Origin: Candidatus Multivoradales bacterium
GTDB lineage: Bacteria > Acidobacteriota > Thermoanaerobaculia > Multivoradales > JAHEKO01
Assembly: GCA_965223855.1 (NCBI GenBank)
Contig: CBDCXM010000009.1
Coordinates: 2,208,001 to 2,272,000, forward strand
DNA length: 64,000 bases
Direction of reading: 5' to 3'
Translations under genes and position numbers: made by a program
Notes under the pieces: model-generated
Databases searched by the model: none
What the model was told of the DNA's origin: nothing
Seen by the model: only the letters and a program-made list of their open reading frames with translations
Shown: positions 18,390 through 26,897 of the stretch, piece by piece
How positions within the stretch are numbered: position 1 is the first letter of the stretch
Layout of the letters: every line of letters begins with the position of its first letter

Positions 18390-19505
18390 GTGATTGAAGA
18401 TCGCAAGGTCGCGTGGGCGGTCGCGGCCGGGATCGCACTGTTCCTCATCGCCCTCCTGTTCTCCGAGAAGGTGCAGCGGGAGCTGCGGCCGGAGCTCGTC
18501 GGTGCGCACGTCGGTATCGAGATCGAGGGCAGCGGCGTGGCGCGCGTCGGGACGGTCGAGGTCACTGCGGGCACGGCGGCGACTCTTCACGCCGTCCTCG
18601 AGGGACGGAAGCGCTCGGGAGAGGCGATCTACTACAGCGAAGCCTCGGCGATCGAGCTCGACGGCAAGCGGGTGGAAGAGTCGTCGATCGAGCCGTGGCC
18701 GGGGCCCGAGGAGGTGCGGATCCTCTGGTTCTCGGTCGAGGGTCCGCGGCCGCTCGTGGAGCTGCGCGGGGAAGATGGTCTCGAGCGGGTTCGCTTTCAG
18801 GAGGTCTACCGCTCCGACTGGCCGCGCGGGTGGTCGATTCCCGCGAGTCTCAAGCCGGCGCGCGCCAACTGGACGGCGGAGGTCCGTGCTCTGCGCGGAG
18901 ATCCGTTCGGCACCCAGCGCTACCAGGTCCGGGTCGAACTCTTCGGCCAGGCGAGCCAGCTCGTGCCGCTCGCGAGCTTCGATTCTGCGGGGGTCGACGA
19001 GGTCATCACGCTGGGACGAGCCTTCCCGACCCTCGTCGCGACGCTCCCGGAGCGCCTCGCTCTGGCGTCTCGTGTCTTCGGGCTGACCCAGGTCCGCTGG
19101 GGTGATTCGCCCCCCGAAGCCGCCGTCACGGTCCTCCAGTCGTGGTTCGAGAGCGATCTCGCCTACTCGCGCGTCCTGCTGCTTCGGCGGATGCTCGATC
19201 GGGCGGGAGCGCGTCTGGAGTCGCTCGAGTGGACCGCCGTCGACCTCGCGGCGGGACCCGACTGGAATCCCGACGGGGAACAGGGCGCGGTGGGCCCCGG
19301 GGACCTTCTGCGCGCCGGAGACCGCGTGGTCGTCCTGTTCGAGGACCGGGGAACCGCCGGCCGGCTCGATCTCGATGACCTCTGTTTCGACTTCGAGGAC
19401 GGCGCCGATGTCGTTCGACTGGGCGAGATATTCTCCGGCGAAGGTCTGGTGGAGCATGCGGCGTTGCAGCCGTCGGCGGCCCGGACGGGCGAGGAGGACG
19501 TGTGA
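18390..19505 (+). CDS. Hypothetical protein with N-terminal membrane anchor
   Basis: Single hydrophobic helix (VAWAVAAGIALFLIALLF); fills the gap between operon neighbours with GTGA overlap; no family recognised. Confidence 0.7.
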   Translation: MIEDRKVAWAVAAGIALFLIALLFSEKVQRELRPELVGAHVGIEIEGSGVARVGTVEVTAGTAATLHAVLEGRKRSGEAIYYSEASAIELDGKRVEESSIEPWPGPEEVRILWFSVEGPRPLVELRGEDGLERVRFQEVYRSDWPRGWSIPASLKPARANWTAEVRALRGDPFGTQRYQVRVELFGQASQLVPLASFDSAGVDEVITLGRAFPTLVATLPERLALASRVFGLTQVRWGDSPPEAAVTVLQSWFESDLAYSRVLLLRRMLDRAGARLESLEWTAVDLAAGPDWNPDGEQGAVGPGDLLRAGDRVVVLFEDRGTAGRLDLDDLCFDFEDGADVVRLGEIFSGEGLVEHAALQPSAARTGEEDV

Positions 19506-20506
19506 GCACGACAGTGACGCTGATCGAGGGTGACGGCATCGGGCCGGAGGTGACGGGAGCGGCGGTCCGGGTGGTCGAGGCCACCGGGGCACGGATCGAA
19601 TGGGAACCTCACGTCGCCGGAGTGGAGGCGATGGAGAAGCATGGCGAGCCGTTGCCGCAGACCGTGCTCGATTCGATCGTCCGCAACAAGGTGGCGCTCA
19701 AGGGACCGGTGACGACACCGGTCGGCAAGGGATTCCGCTCGGTCAATGTGCAGTTGCGCAAGGCGCTCGAGCTGTTCGCCAATCTGCGGCCGGTCGAGAC
19801 GCTCCCCAACGTTCCGTCGCGCTACCAGGACGTCGATCTGGTGGTGGTGAGGGAGAACACCGAGGGCCTCTACAGCGGCATCGAGCACACCGTCGTCGAC
19901 GGTGTCGTCGAGAGCCTCAAGATTGTCACCCGCAAGGCGTCGACGCGGATCGCGAAGTTCGCCTTTGACTATGCCCGTGCCAACGGCCGCAAGCGGGTGA
20001 CCTCGGTCCACAAGGCCAACATCATGAAGCTCTCGGACGGCCTCTTCCTCCAGTGTTGCCGGGAGGTGGGGGAGGGCTACGACGACGTCGAGTTCGACGA
20101 CCGGATCATCGACGCCTGCTGCATGCAGCTCGTCACCCGACCCGAGACCTTCGACGTTCTGGTGCTGCCGAACCTCTACGGCGACATCGTCTCCGACCTG
20201 GCGGCCGGGCTGGTCGGCGGCCTCGGAATGACTCCGGGGGCGAACCTCGGCGAGGAGCTGGCGGTGTTCGAGGCGGTCCACGGCAGCGCACCCGACATCG
20301 CCGGGCAGAACCTCGCCAACCCGTCGGCCGTCCTGCAGTCGGCGGCGCTCATGCTCGAGCACCTGGCGATGCGGCAGGAGGCGGCGCGGTTGCGCGGGGC
20401 GCTACGCTCGGTCCTCGCCTCGGGAGTGCGGACCGGCGATCTCGGCGGCGAGGCGAGCACGACCGAGTTCACCGACGCGCTGGTGCGCGAGATCGAGTCG
20501 AGCTGA
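19502..20506 (+). CDS. Isocitrate/isopropylmalate dehydrogenase family, probably NAD-dependent IDH
   Basis: GDGIGPEV, TTPVGKGFRSVNV, VHKANIMK, NLYGDIVSD, HGSAPDIAG (Asp typical of NAD enzymes). Confidence 0.88.
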   Translation: MSTTVTLIEGDGIGPEVTGAAVRVVEATGARIEWEPHVAGVEAMEKHGEPLPQTVLDSIVRNKVALKGPVTTPVGKGFRSVNVQLRKALELFANLRPVETLPNVPSRYQDVDLVVVRENTEGLYSGIEHTVVDGVVESLKIVTRKASTRIAKFAFDYARANGRKRVTSVHKANIMKLSDGLFLQCCREVGEGYDDVEFDDRIIDACCMQLVTRPETFDVLVLPNLYGDIVSDLAAGLVGGLGMTPGANLGEELAVFEAVHGSAPDIAGQNLANPSAVLQSAALMLEHLAMRQEAARLRGALRSVLASGVRTGDLGGEASTTEFTDALVREIESS

Positions 20507-20515
20507 CGGCCGCAG

Positions 20516-21583
20516 CTACTGCTGAATCAGGTGGCGGCTCGCCGTCGGCAGGGCCAGTCGCACCCCGGCTGCGTCGAGGCGCCGCTTGATCCCCATGTGG
20601 GTCTCGTGGACCCGCTGCATCCAGTTGCCGAGATCGGTGATCCAGTAGACCACCTCGATCTCGAGCGAGTACTCACCGAAGCGGACGAAGCGCACCAGGA
20701 TGTTGTCGCTGTCGGTCCCTTCCTGGTCGCGCAACGCCTGGTAGAGGGTCTCGATCGCGGTATCGACCTCGTCGGCGCTGGAGTGGAACGGCAGGCCGAG
20801 GACGAAGCTGCGGCGACGGGCGACGCGGCTCGAGAAGTTCTCGATCGAGCTGTCGGCGACGGTGCTGTTCGGAATCGTCACGACCGTCCCCTGCTCGGTC
20901 TTGAGCCGGGTGCTGCGCAGCCCGATCTCGACCACCTCGCCGGAGTGCCCGGCGACGGCGACCCAGTCCTCGAGCTGGAACGGCTTGTCCCAGAAGAGGG
21001 TGATGCCGGCGATGACGTTCTTGAGCGCGTCCTGGGCCGCGAGAGCGATCGCGAGACCGCCGATGCCCAGCCCGGCGAGCACCGAGAGAATGTCGTAGCC
21101 CATGTTCGAGAGGACGACGATCGTCGCCAGGAGCGCGACGATCCCCTTCACCAGCTTGCGCAGGATCGGCAGGAGCTGGTCGTCGAGCTTGCTGTCGGTC
21201 CCCTGGACTCGCGGCTCGAGGTAGCGGCGGGTGAAGATGTCGATCACCCTCAGGACCAGCCAGGTGACGGCGAAGGTGACGATCACCAGAGAACCGGCGC
21301 GCAGCGCCTTGTCCGCCTCCGGTGCGAGCGTGAGGAACGCCTTGCCGAAGTGGAGGGCGGCGCCGAACAGCGCCAGGACGAACGGCTCCCGCGCGCCGCC
21401 GACGAGGTCGTCGTCCAGCTCGGTCTCGGTGCGCTCGGCCGCGCGCTGGATCTGGTGGCGGAAGAGGAAGTGGACCAGCTTGCCGAGGATGACGGCCGCG
21501 GCGAGCGTGCCGAAGAAGTAGAGGTACTGCAGCAGGGTGTTGCCGAAGTAGGTCCGCTCGAGGAGCTCGCGCAACTCGTCCAT
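20516..21583 (-). CDS. MscS-family mechanosensitive channel
   Basis: LAGLGIGGLAIALAAQD, DKPF, G.V.EIGLRSTRL, IPNS. Confidence 0.93.
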   Translation of the reverse strand: MDELRELLERTYFGNTLLQYLYFFGTLAAAVILGKLVHFLFRHQIQRAAERTETELDDDLVGGAREPFVLALFGAALHFGKAFLTLAPEADKALRAGSLVIVTFAVTWLVLRVIDIFTRRYLEPRVQGTDSKLDDQLLPILRKLVKGIVALLATIVVLSNMGYDILSVLAGLGIGGLAIALAAQDALKNVIAGITLFWDKPFQLEDWVAVAGHSGEVVEIGLRSTRLKTEQGTVVTIPNSTVADSSIENFSSRVARRRSFVLGLPFHSSADEVDTAIETLYQALRDQEGTDSDNILVRFVRFGEYSLEIEVVYWITDLGNWMQRVHETHMGIKRRLDAAGVRLALPTASRHLIQQ

Positions 21584-21627
21584 ATCGCCTCCAGTCAGGG
21601 GGGTCGCTCAGTCGGGATCGGCGGTGA

Positions 21628-21678
21628 CGCTACCAGATCGCCAGCGCCACCAGATCGCCACTACCACCGGATCGCTGG
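21628..21678. repeat. Three imperfect 17-bp tandem repeats (core ACCRGATCGC)
   Basis: cgctaccagatcgccag / cgccaccagatcgccac / taccaccggatcgctgg between the ATPase stop and the mscS start. Confidence 0.7.
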
Positions 21679-21684
21679 AGTGGC

Positions 21685-23220
21685 TCAGCCCGGCTCGCGG
21701 TCGAGAGAGTAGGGCACGTGCCGCGCGACCTCGGCGAGCGAGGTCACTCCGCGCTCGACCTTGACCAGCGCGTCGTCGAGCAGGGTCCGCATGCCGCCGC
21801 TCTGGGCCTCGCGCCGCAGGACGTGGGGCGGTCGGCCGCGCGCCATCCGGTGCGCGGCGGCTCCGTCGATGGTGAAGAGCTCGAAAACGCCGACCCGCCC
21901 CCGGTAGCCGTCGAGGCAGGCGTCGCAGCCGACCGGCTCGAACGCTTCGAGCTCACGTCCCTCGAGTCCCAGGCGGCGCAGCAGCGCCGCATCGGCAGGA
22001 GCCGGCCGCCGGCACTCGACGCACAGTCGGCGCAGGAGGCGCTGCGCGAGCACCGCCAGCAGGGCGTCGGCCATCATCGCCCGCTCGACGGCGAGCGTTT
22101 CGAGCCTCGGTACCGCACCGACCGCGTCACGGGTGTGCAGGGTGCTCAAGACGAGATGCCCGGTCTGTGCCGCGCGCACCGCCAGCGCTGCGGTCTCCTC
22201 GTCGCGGATCTCGCCGATCATGAGGATGTCGGGATCCTGCCGCAGGAACGCGCGAGCGTAGTCGGAGAAGCCCATGGTCGGGCCGACCTGCTTCTGGTTG
22301 GCCTTGGGGAGTTCGTACTCGATCGGGTTCTCGACCGTCAGCAGCTTGTTGCCGTCGTGGTTGACGGTGCGGATCGCTGCGTAGAGGGTGGTCGTTTTGC
22401 CGCTGCCGGTCGGTCCTGTGATCAGGACCATCCCCTCCGGTGAGGCGACCGCGTCGCCGAACGCCCGAGCGGTGTCGGCCTCCATGCCGAGGGCGTCGAA
22501 GCCGAGGTCGGGCGCACCTGAGTCGAGCACCCGCACGACCGCGTCCTCGCCGTGGGGGCCAGGGAGGACCGATAGGCGCAGGTCGATTTCCCGGGGGTCC
22601 CGATCCGGCTCTTCGAAGATCGCCAGCACCCGTCCGTCCTGCGCCCGGCGGCGCTCGGCGATGTCGAGCCCGGCGAGCACCTTGAGGTACGAGATCGCAG
22701 CCGGCACGTGTTCGGACGAGATCGGGGTCGAGACCTGCCGCAGCACGCCGTCGACCCGGAGCCGCACATCGACGTCACCGCGATAGCTCTCGAAGTGGAC
22801 GTCGCTCGCACCGAGAGTGATCGCCTGAGCGATCGCCTCGTGCACGAGGCGTCGCACGGCACGATCCGGCTGGTAGGAGATCCGGTGCACCGGCTGGAGG
22901 CGCAGCGGCTCGTCTCCGGTCCCGCGGTGCCGCCCGGTGGGGTAGCCGACAGCGACCGCCGTTTCGACCTCGTGCTGGTGGAGGCGGACCACTTCGATCG
23001 GCCGCCTCAGCGCGTCTTCGACCGCCTCGACGGTCGCGGCGTCTCCGGGTCGGACCAGGCCGACAGTCACCGCGTCGCTGTCCTCGGCAGGCACCGACCC
23101 GAGCACGACGACCCCACGACGAAGACAGAACTCGCGGCCCAGCAGGCGCACCGCTTCGGCATCGATCTCGAAGTGCGACAGCTCGGTGAACTGGTGAGGG
23201 TCGGGCTCGTTCCGGCTCAT
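21685..23220 (-). CDS. GspE/PulE/PilB-family secretion/pilus assembly ATPase
   Basis: ASDVHFE, RVDGVL, LDIAERRRAQDG, Walker A GPTGSGKTT, LRQDPD...GEIRD, GHLVLSTLH, CVEC/CDAC zinc site. Confidence 0.92.
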   Translation of the reverse strand: MSRNEPDPHQFTELSHFEIDAEAVRLLGREFCLRRGVVVLGSVPAEDSDAVTVGLVRPGDAATVEAVEDALRRPIEVVRLHQHEVETAVAVGYPTGRHRGTGDEPLRLQPVHRISYQPDRAVRRLVHEAIAQAITLGASDVHFESYRGDVDVRLRVDGVLRQVSTPISSEHVPAAISYLKVLAGLDIAERRRAQDGRVLAIFEEPDRDPREIDLRLSVLPGPHGEDAVVRVLDSGAPDLGFDALGMEADTARAFGDAVASPEGMVLITGPTGSGKTTTLYAAIRTVNHDGNKLLTVENPIEYELPKANQKQVGPTMGFSDYARAFLRQDPDILMIGEIRDEETAALAVRAAQTGHLVLSTLHTRDAVGAVPRLETLAVERAMMADALLAVLAQRLLRRLCVECRRPAPADAALLRRLGLEGRELEAFEPVGCDACLDGYRGRVGVFELFTIDGAAAHRMARGRPPHVLRREAQSGGMRTLLDDALVKVERGVTSLAEVARHVPYSLDREPG

Positions 23221-23255
23221 CCGGGAAGTCTCTCATCCGGCGCACTCCGAAGACC

Positions 23256-23299
23256 TACGAACATCTTCGTTGACAACTACGAAGACTTTCGTGTAATCT
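23256..23299 (+). promoter_or_regulatory. blaI promoter overlapped by two tandem palindromic operator candidates
   Basis: TTGACA (23270-23275), 18-nt spacer, TAATCT (23294-23299); TACGAA-N4-TTCGT at 23256 and 23278, 22 bp apart. Confidence 0.75.
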
Positions 23300-23305
23300 G
23301 CCCGC

Positions 23306-23695
23306 ATGAACGAGATCCGCCGCAAACCGACCGAGTCCGAGCTGCGCATCCTGCGAGTGCTGTGGAGGCAGGGACCTTCCTCGGTGCGCGACGTCCACGA
23401 GGCCCTGCGCGCCGAGCACGAGGTCGGCTATACGACCGTCCTCAAGCTGCTCCAGATCATGGCGGAGAAGGGGTCGGTGACCCGCGACGACAGCCGGCGG
23501 GCCCACATCTACGCGGCCGCCGAGCCTGCCGATGCCACCAAGCGGCGGTTGGCGGGCGACCTCGTCGAGCGGGTGTTCGAGGGATCGGCGCGCGATCTGC
23601 TCCTGCACGCCCTCGGCTCGAGCGAGCCGTCGGCCGAGGAGCTCGAGGCGATGCGCGATCTGATCGACCGCTTCGAGAAGGGGGAGACGTCATGA
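23306..23695 (+). CDS. BlaI/MecI/CopY-family transcriptional repressor
   Basis: PTESEL.IL.VLW, SVRDVH, YTTVLKLLQIM.EKG.V.R, FEGS. Confidence 0.95.
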   Translation: MNEIRRKPTESELRILRVLWRQGPSSVRDVHEALRAEHEVGYTTVLKLLQIMAEKGSVTRDDSRRAHIYAAAEPADATKRRLAGDLVERVFEGSARDLLLHALGSSEPSAEELEAMRDLIDRFEKGETS

Positions 23696-25545
23696 TGCCC
23701 ACGGACGGCACGATCGAGGCGCTCGGTTGGGCGCTTCTGCACTCCGTGTGGCAGATCGCCGCACTCGCCCTCGTGGCGGCCGTCTCGCTCTCGTTCCTGC
23801 GTCGACCTGCGACGCGGTATCTCTTCGGCGTCGGAATCCTGGTGCTGATGCTCGCGGTCCCGATGGCGACCTTCGTCGCCGGTCTCGACGGCGCCTCCGC
23901 ACCTGCCGTTGGGATGGTGGCAGACGCCGGGTCGGCATCCGAGGCTACGGCGTCGACGCCGCTCTCCCGAAGAGTCGAGCCGCCCAGCCCCGGCCTGGTA
24001 CGGGGCCTGATGCCCGGCCTGATGTCGGCGCGAGTGCTCACCACGGCAGTGCTCGTCTGGTGCTGTGGAGTCGCGCTCCTCGGCCTGCGCGCGCTCGGAG
24101 CGCTGTGGTGGGTTCGCAGGCTCGAGCGGGCCTCGGCCGAGCTGCCGAGGCGCGCTCTCGAGCTGTGTCGTGACGTCGAGCACCGGCTCGGTCTGCGGCG
24201 TGCGGTGCACTACGCCGCGAGCAGGGAGGGAGAGGGGCCGGCGGTGATCGGAGTGCTGCGCCCGATGGTCCTGCTGCCGATGGCGGCGCTGGCGGGCCTG
24301 CCCCCAGAGCAGTTGCGGCTCATCGTCGCTCACGAGCTGGCTCATATCCGACGCTGGGACTCGCTCGTCAACCTCGGTCAGGTGGTCGTCGAAACGCTCC
24401 TCTTCTACCATCCGGGCGTCTGGTGGCTGAGTCGGAGGGTTCGCGGCGAGCGGGAGCTCGCCTGCGACGACCTGGTGCTCCACGGCGGCGGGCGGGAGCG
24501 TGCCGTGGACTACGCTCGGGCGCTCAGCTCGCTGGCCGCCCTGCCCCGCACTCCCGTCCTCGCGCCCGGGGCCCGAGGCGGCTCGCTGACGAGCCGCGTC
24601 GAGCGCATTCTCGGCGTCGATCGGGGCGGTTCCGGTGCGCGTGGGCTGAGGCTGGTCGCGGCCGCTGCCGGGCTGGTGGTGGCGCTCTTCGCCACGTCCG
24701 GCCTCGCGACGCCCCAGAACCCTCTGCCTGCGGACCGGCACCCCGCCGTCTCGCTGACGCCCTCGGGTGGAGAAGAGGTGCGCTTCGAGGCCGCGACGGC
24801 CTCGTCGGCCAGGAGCGACGAGGAGCCGGGCGCAGAGGCTACGCGCGAGGAGCCTCGTGAGCGACCGGCAGACGGCGAGCGGAGGGATCGCGACGCGGCG
24901 CGCCGCGCCTCCGCGGAGTCCCGCCCCGACGGCGCCACGAGCTACATCGACGAGCTCCGCGCCGCCGGACTCGATCCCGACGTCGATCAACTCATCGCCC
25001 TCAAGGTGAACGGCGTCACCGGCCGGTACGTGAGGGCGCTCGCGGCGGCCGGATTCCGGCCGGGCCCGGACGACCTGATCGCCATGCGGGTACATGGTGT
25101 CGATCCCGAGTTCGTCGCGGCCGTGCGGGACGCCGGCTACCAGCCGTCGAAGGACGATCTGGTGGCGCTGCGGGTCCACGGCGTCGATCCGGCTACCGCC
25201 ACGACGCTGCGGGCCGCAGGATTCGAACCGACTCTCGACGATCTGGTCGCGCTGAGGGTCCACGGTGTGGATCCGGCGACCGCGACGGCCCTTCGAGCCG
25301 CCGGATTCGAACCGACCCTCGACGACCTCGTCGCGCTCCGCGTCCATGGCATCTCACCGTCTCTCGCCGCGGCGCTCGCGACCGCCGGTCTGGCAGAGGA
25401 CCTCGATGACGTAGTCGCCGCCGGCATTCACGGCGTGACCCCTGAGTTCGTCGACCTCGCCCGCAGTCACGGCTTCGACGACCTCGATCTCGATCAACTG
25501 ATCCAACTCCGCCGCCTCGGTGTCCTCGACACCGGCGACCGGTGA
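23692..25545 (+). CDS. M56-family (BlaR1/MecR1-like) membrane metallopeptidase with C-terminal 28-aa repeats
   Basis: LGWALLHSVWQ, HELAHIRR.D, FYHP.VWW, ERELACD; 7 C-terminal repeats; ATGA overlap with blaI. Confidence 0.93.
   Translation: MMPTDGTIEALGWALLHSVWQIAALALVAAVSLSFLRRPATRYLFGVGILVLMLAVPMATFVAGLDGASAPAVGMVADAGSASEATASTPLSRRVEPPSPGLVRGLMPGLMSARVLTTAVLVWCCGVALLGLRALGALWWVRRLERASAELPRRALELCRDVEHRLGLRRAVHYAASREGEGPAVIGVLRPMVLLPMAALAGLPPEQLRLIVAHELAHIRRWDSLVNLGQVVVETLLFYHPGVWWLSRRVRGERELACDDLVLHGGGRERAVDYARALSSLAALPRTPVLAPGARGGSLTSRVERILGVDRGGSGARGLRLVAAAAGLVVALFATSGLATPQNPLPADRHPAVSLTPSGGEEVRFEAATASSARSDEEPGAEATREEPRERPADGERRDRDAARRASAESRPDGATSYIDELRAAGLDPDVDQLIALKVNGVTGRYVRALAAAGFRPGPDDLIAMRVHGVDPEFVAAVRDAGYQPSKDDLVALRVHGVDPATATTLRAAGFEPTLDDLVALRVHGVDPATATALRAAGFEPTLDDLVALRVHGISPSLAAALATAGLAEDLDDVVAAGIHGVTPEFVDLARSHGFDDLDLDQLIQLRRLGVLDTGDR
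25153..25320 (+). repeat. Two 84-bp coding tandem repeats inside the M56 gene
   Basis: Units 25153-25236 and 25237-25320 encode DDLVALRVHGVDPATAT(T/A)LRAAGFEPTL. Confidence 0.9.
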
Positions 25546-26576
25546 AAGGAACCCCGATGACCCGCCTCTCCGCCTCGCTCGCCGCTGCCCTTCTGATTCT
25601 CGCTACCCTCCCGCTCGCCGCAGACCACGACTGGTCGAGCGGCTCCTGGGAGCTCGAGCCCGACGAGCCGGGCGAGGTGCGGCTCGAGCTGACCTCCGGT
25701 CGGGCCGGCCACCGTTCGCACTGGAACTCCGACATCGAGGTCGCTGCGTTCACCGGCCTCGACCTCTCGGTCTCAGGCCGCCGCGACGTCGTTTTCACCC
25801 TCGCGCGCGACGCCGGCACGGTCGAGTTCCGCGGTGAGATGCGGGGCGAGCGTGGGGAGGGGAGCTACAGCTTCTCGCCCGACGAGGGCTACGAAGAGAG
25901 GATGGCGAGCCTCGGTTTCCGCATCGACGACGACGACCTCTTCGCCTACGCGCTGCACGACGTCTCGCTCGACTTCGCCCGCCGGATGCAGGAGGCGGAC
26001 ATTCGCGGTCTCGACGGCGACGCGCTGCTGGCGTTCCGCATCCACGGCGTGGACGGGGCCTATGTCGACGGCATCCGCTCCGCCGGGCAGGCGGTCGACG
26101 ACAGCGACTCCTGGATCGCCTTCCGGATTCACGGCGTCTCCGCCGAGATGATCCGCCGGCTGAGAGCCTCGGGCTACGATCCCGACGACGACGACCTCAT
26201 CGCGCTGCGGATTCACGGCGCGAGCCCGGAGTGGGTGAGCGAGCTCGCCGCGCACGGCTACGATCATCTCGATCTCGACGACATGGTCGCGTTCCGCATC
26301 CACGGCGTGACGCCGGAGTTCATCGGCCGGATCCGCCAACTCGGCTATGAAGGGCCTGCGGCCGACCAGCTCGTCGCGATGCGGATCCACGGCGTTACCG
26401 CCGACTTCATCGATCAGATCCAGAAACTCGGCTTCGACCGTCCCGGCACCGACCAACTCGTCGCCATGCGGATTCACGGCGTGACTCCCGACTACATCAG
26501 CGACCTGCGCGGTCGTGGGCTCGAGAATCTGTCGATCGAGAAGCTGATCGAGCTGAGGATTCACGGGATCGACTGA
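25542..26576 (+). CDS. Secreted protein with about 8 RIHG repeats of 28-29 aa
   Basis: Signal peptide ending LPLAA; N-terminal beta-rich domain; repeats of type D.L.A.RIHGVT..FI...R..G; start GTG 25542 or ATG 25557. Confidence 0.88.
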   Translation: MKGTPMTRLSASLAAALLILATLPLAADHDWSSGSWELEPDEPGEVRLELTSGRAGHRSHWNSDIEVAAFTGLDLSVSGRRDVVFTLARDAGTVEFRGEMRGERGEGSYSFSPDEGYEERMASLGFRIDDDDLFAYALHDVSLDFARRMQEADIRGLDGDALLAFRIHGVDGAYVDGIRSAGQAVDDSDSWIAFRIHGVSAEMIRRLRASGYDPDDDDLIALRIHGASPEWVSELAAHGYDHLDLDDMVAFRIHGVTPEFIGRIRQLGYEGPAADQLVAMRIHGVTADFIDQIQKLGFDRPGTDQLVAMRIHGVTPDYISDLRGRGLENLSIEKLIELRIHGID

Positions 26577-26897
26577 GGGTCTCTACACCCGAAGCTGTCG
26601 ACACCCCCGAACCTTCCCGGCGCCGCGCCGTAGTCAGTAGCAGAGTCGTTGCCTGCGGTCTGCGGGTGCGAAGGGCTCCAGGTCCCCCGGCGGCAGTGGG
26701 GCTGAAGCGCGAGGCGAGCGGCGATCCCGGCAGATGCGGAACAAGAGAGGGCGCAACACTACGGCTCCCGGTAAGGCTATGGCTCCCGGCGGGGAGGCTC
26801 GTCGCCGGGGAGACGGCTTCCTGCTCGAAGCGTTCTTCGGCCTCGGCGCACTCGCCCTGATCGCCGTCCTCGCGCGCCGGGAGGCCGGCCGCGTTGC

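Noticed and set aside
22708-23691. Apparent long N-terminal extension of the M56 ORF
   Set aside because: Overlaps the ATPase and blaI; the real start is ATG 23692 with SD and ATGA coupling
24940-26576. CRISPR array or DGR template/variable repeat
   Set aside because: Repeats are in-frame coding units without spacers, differences are not adenine-specific, and no cas or reverse transcriptase gene is present
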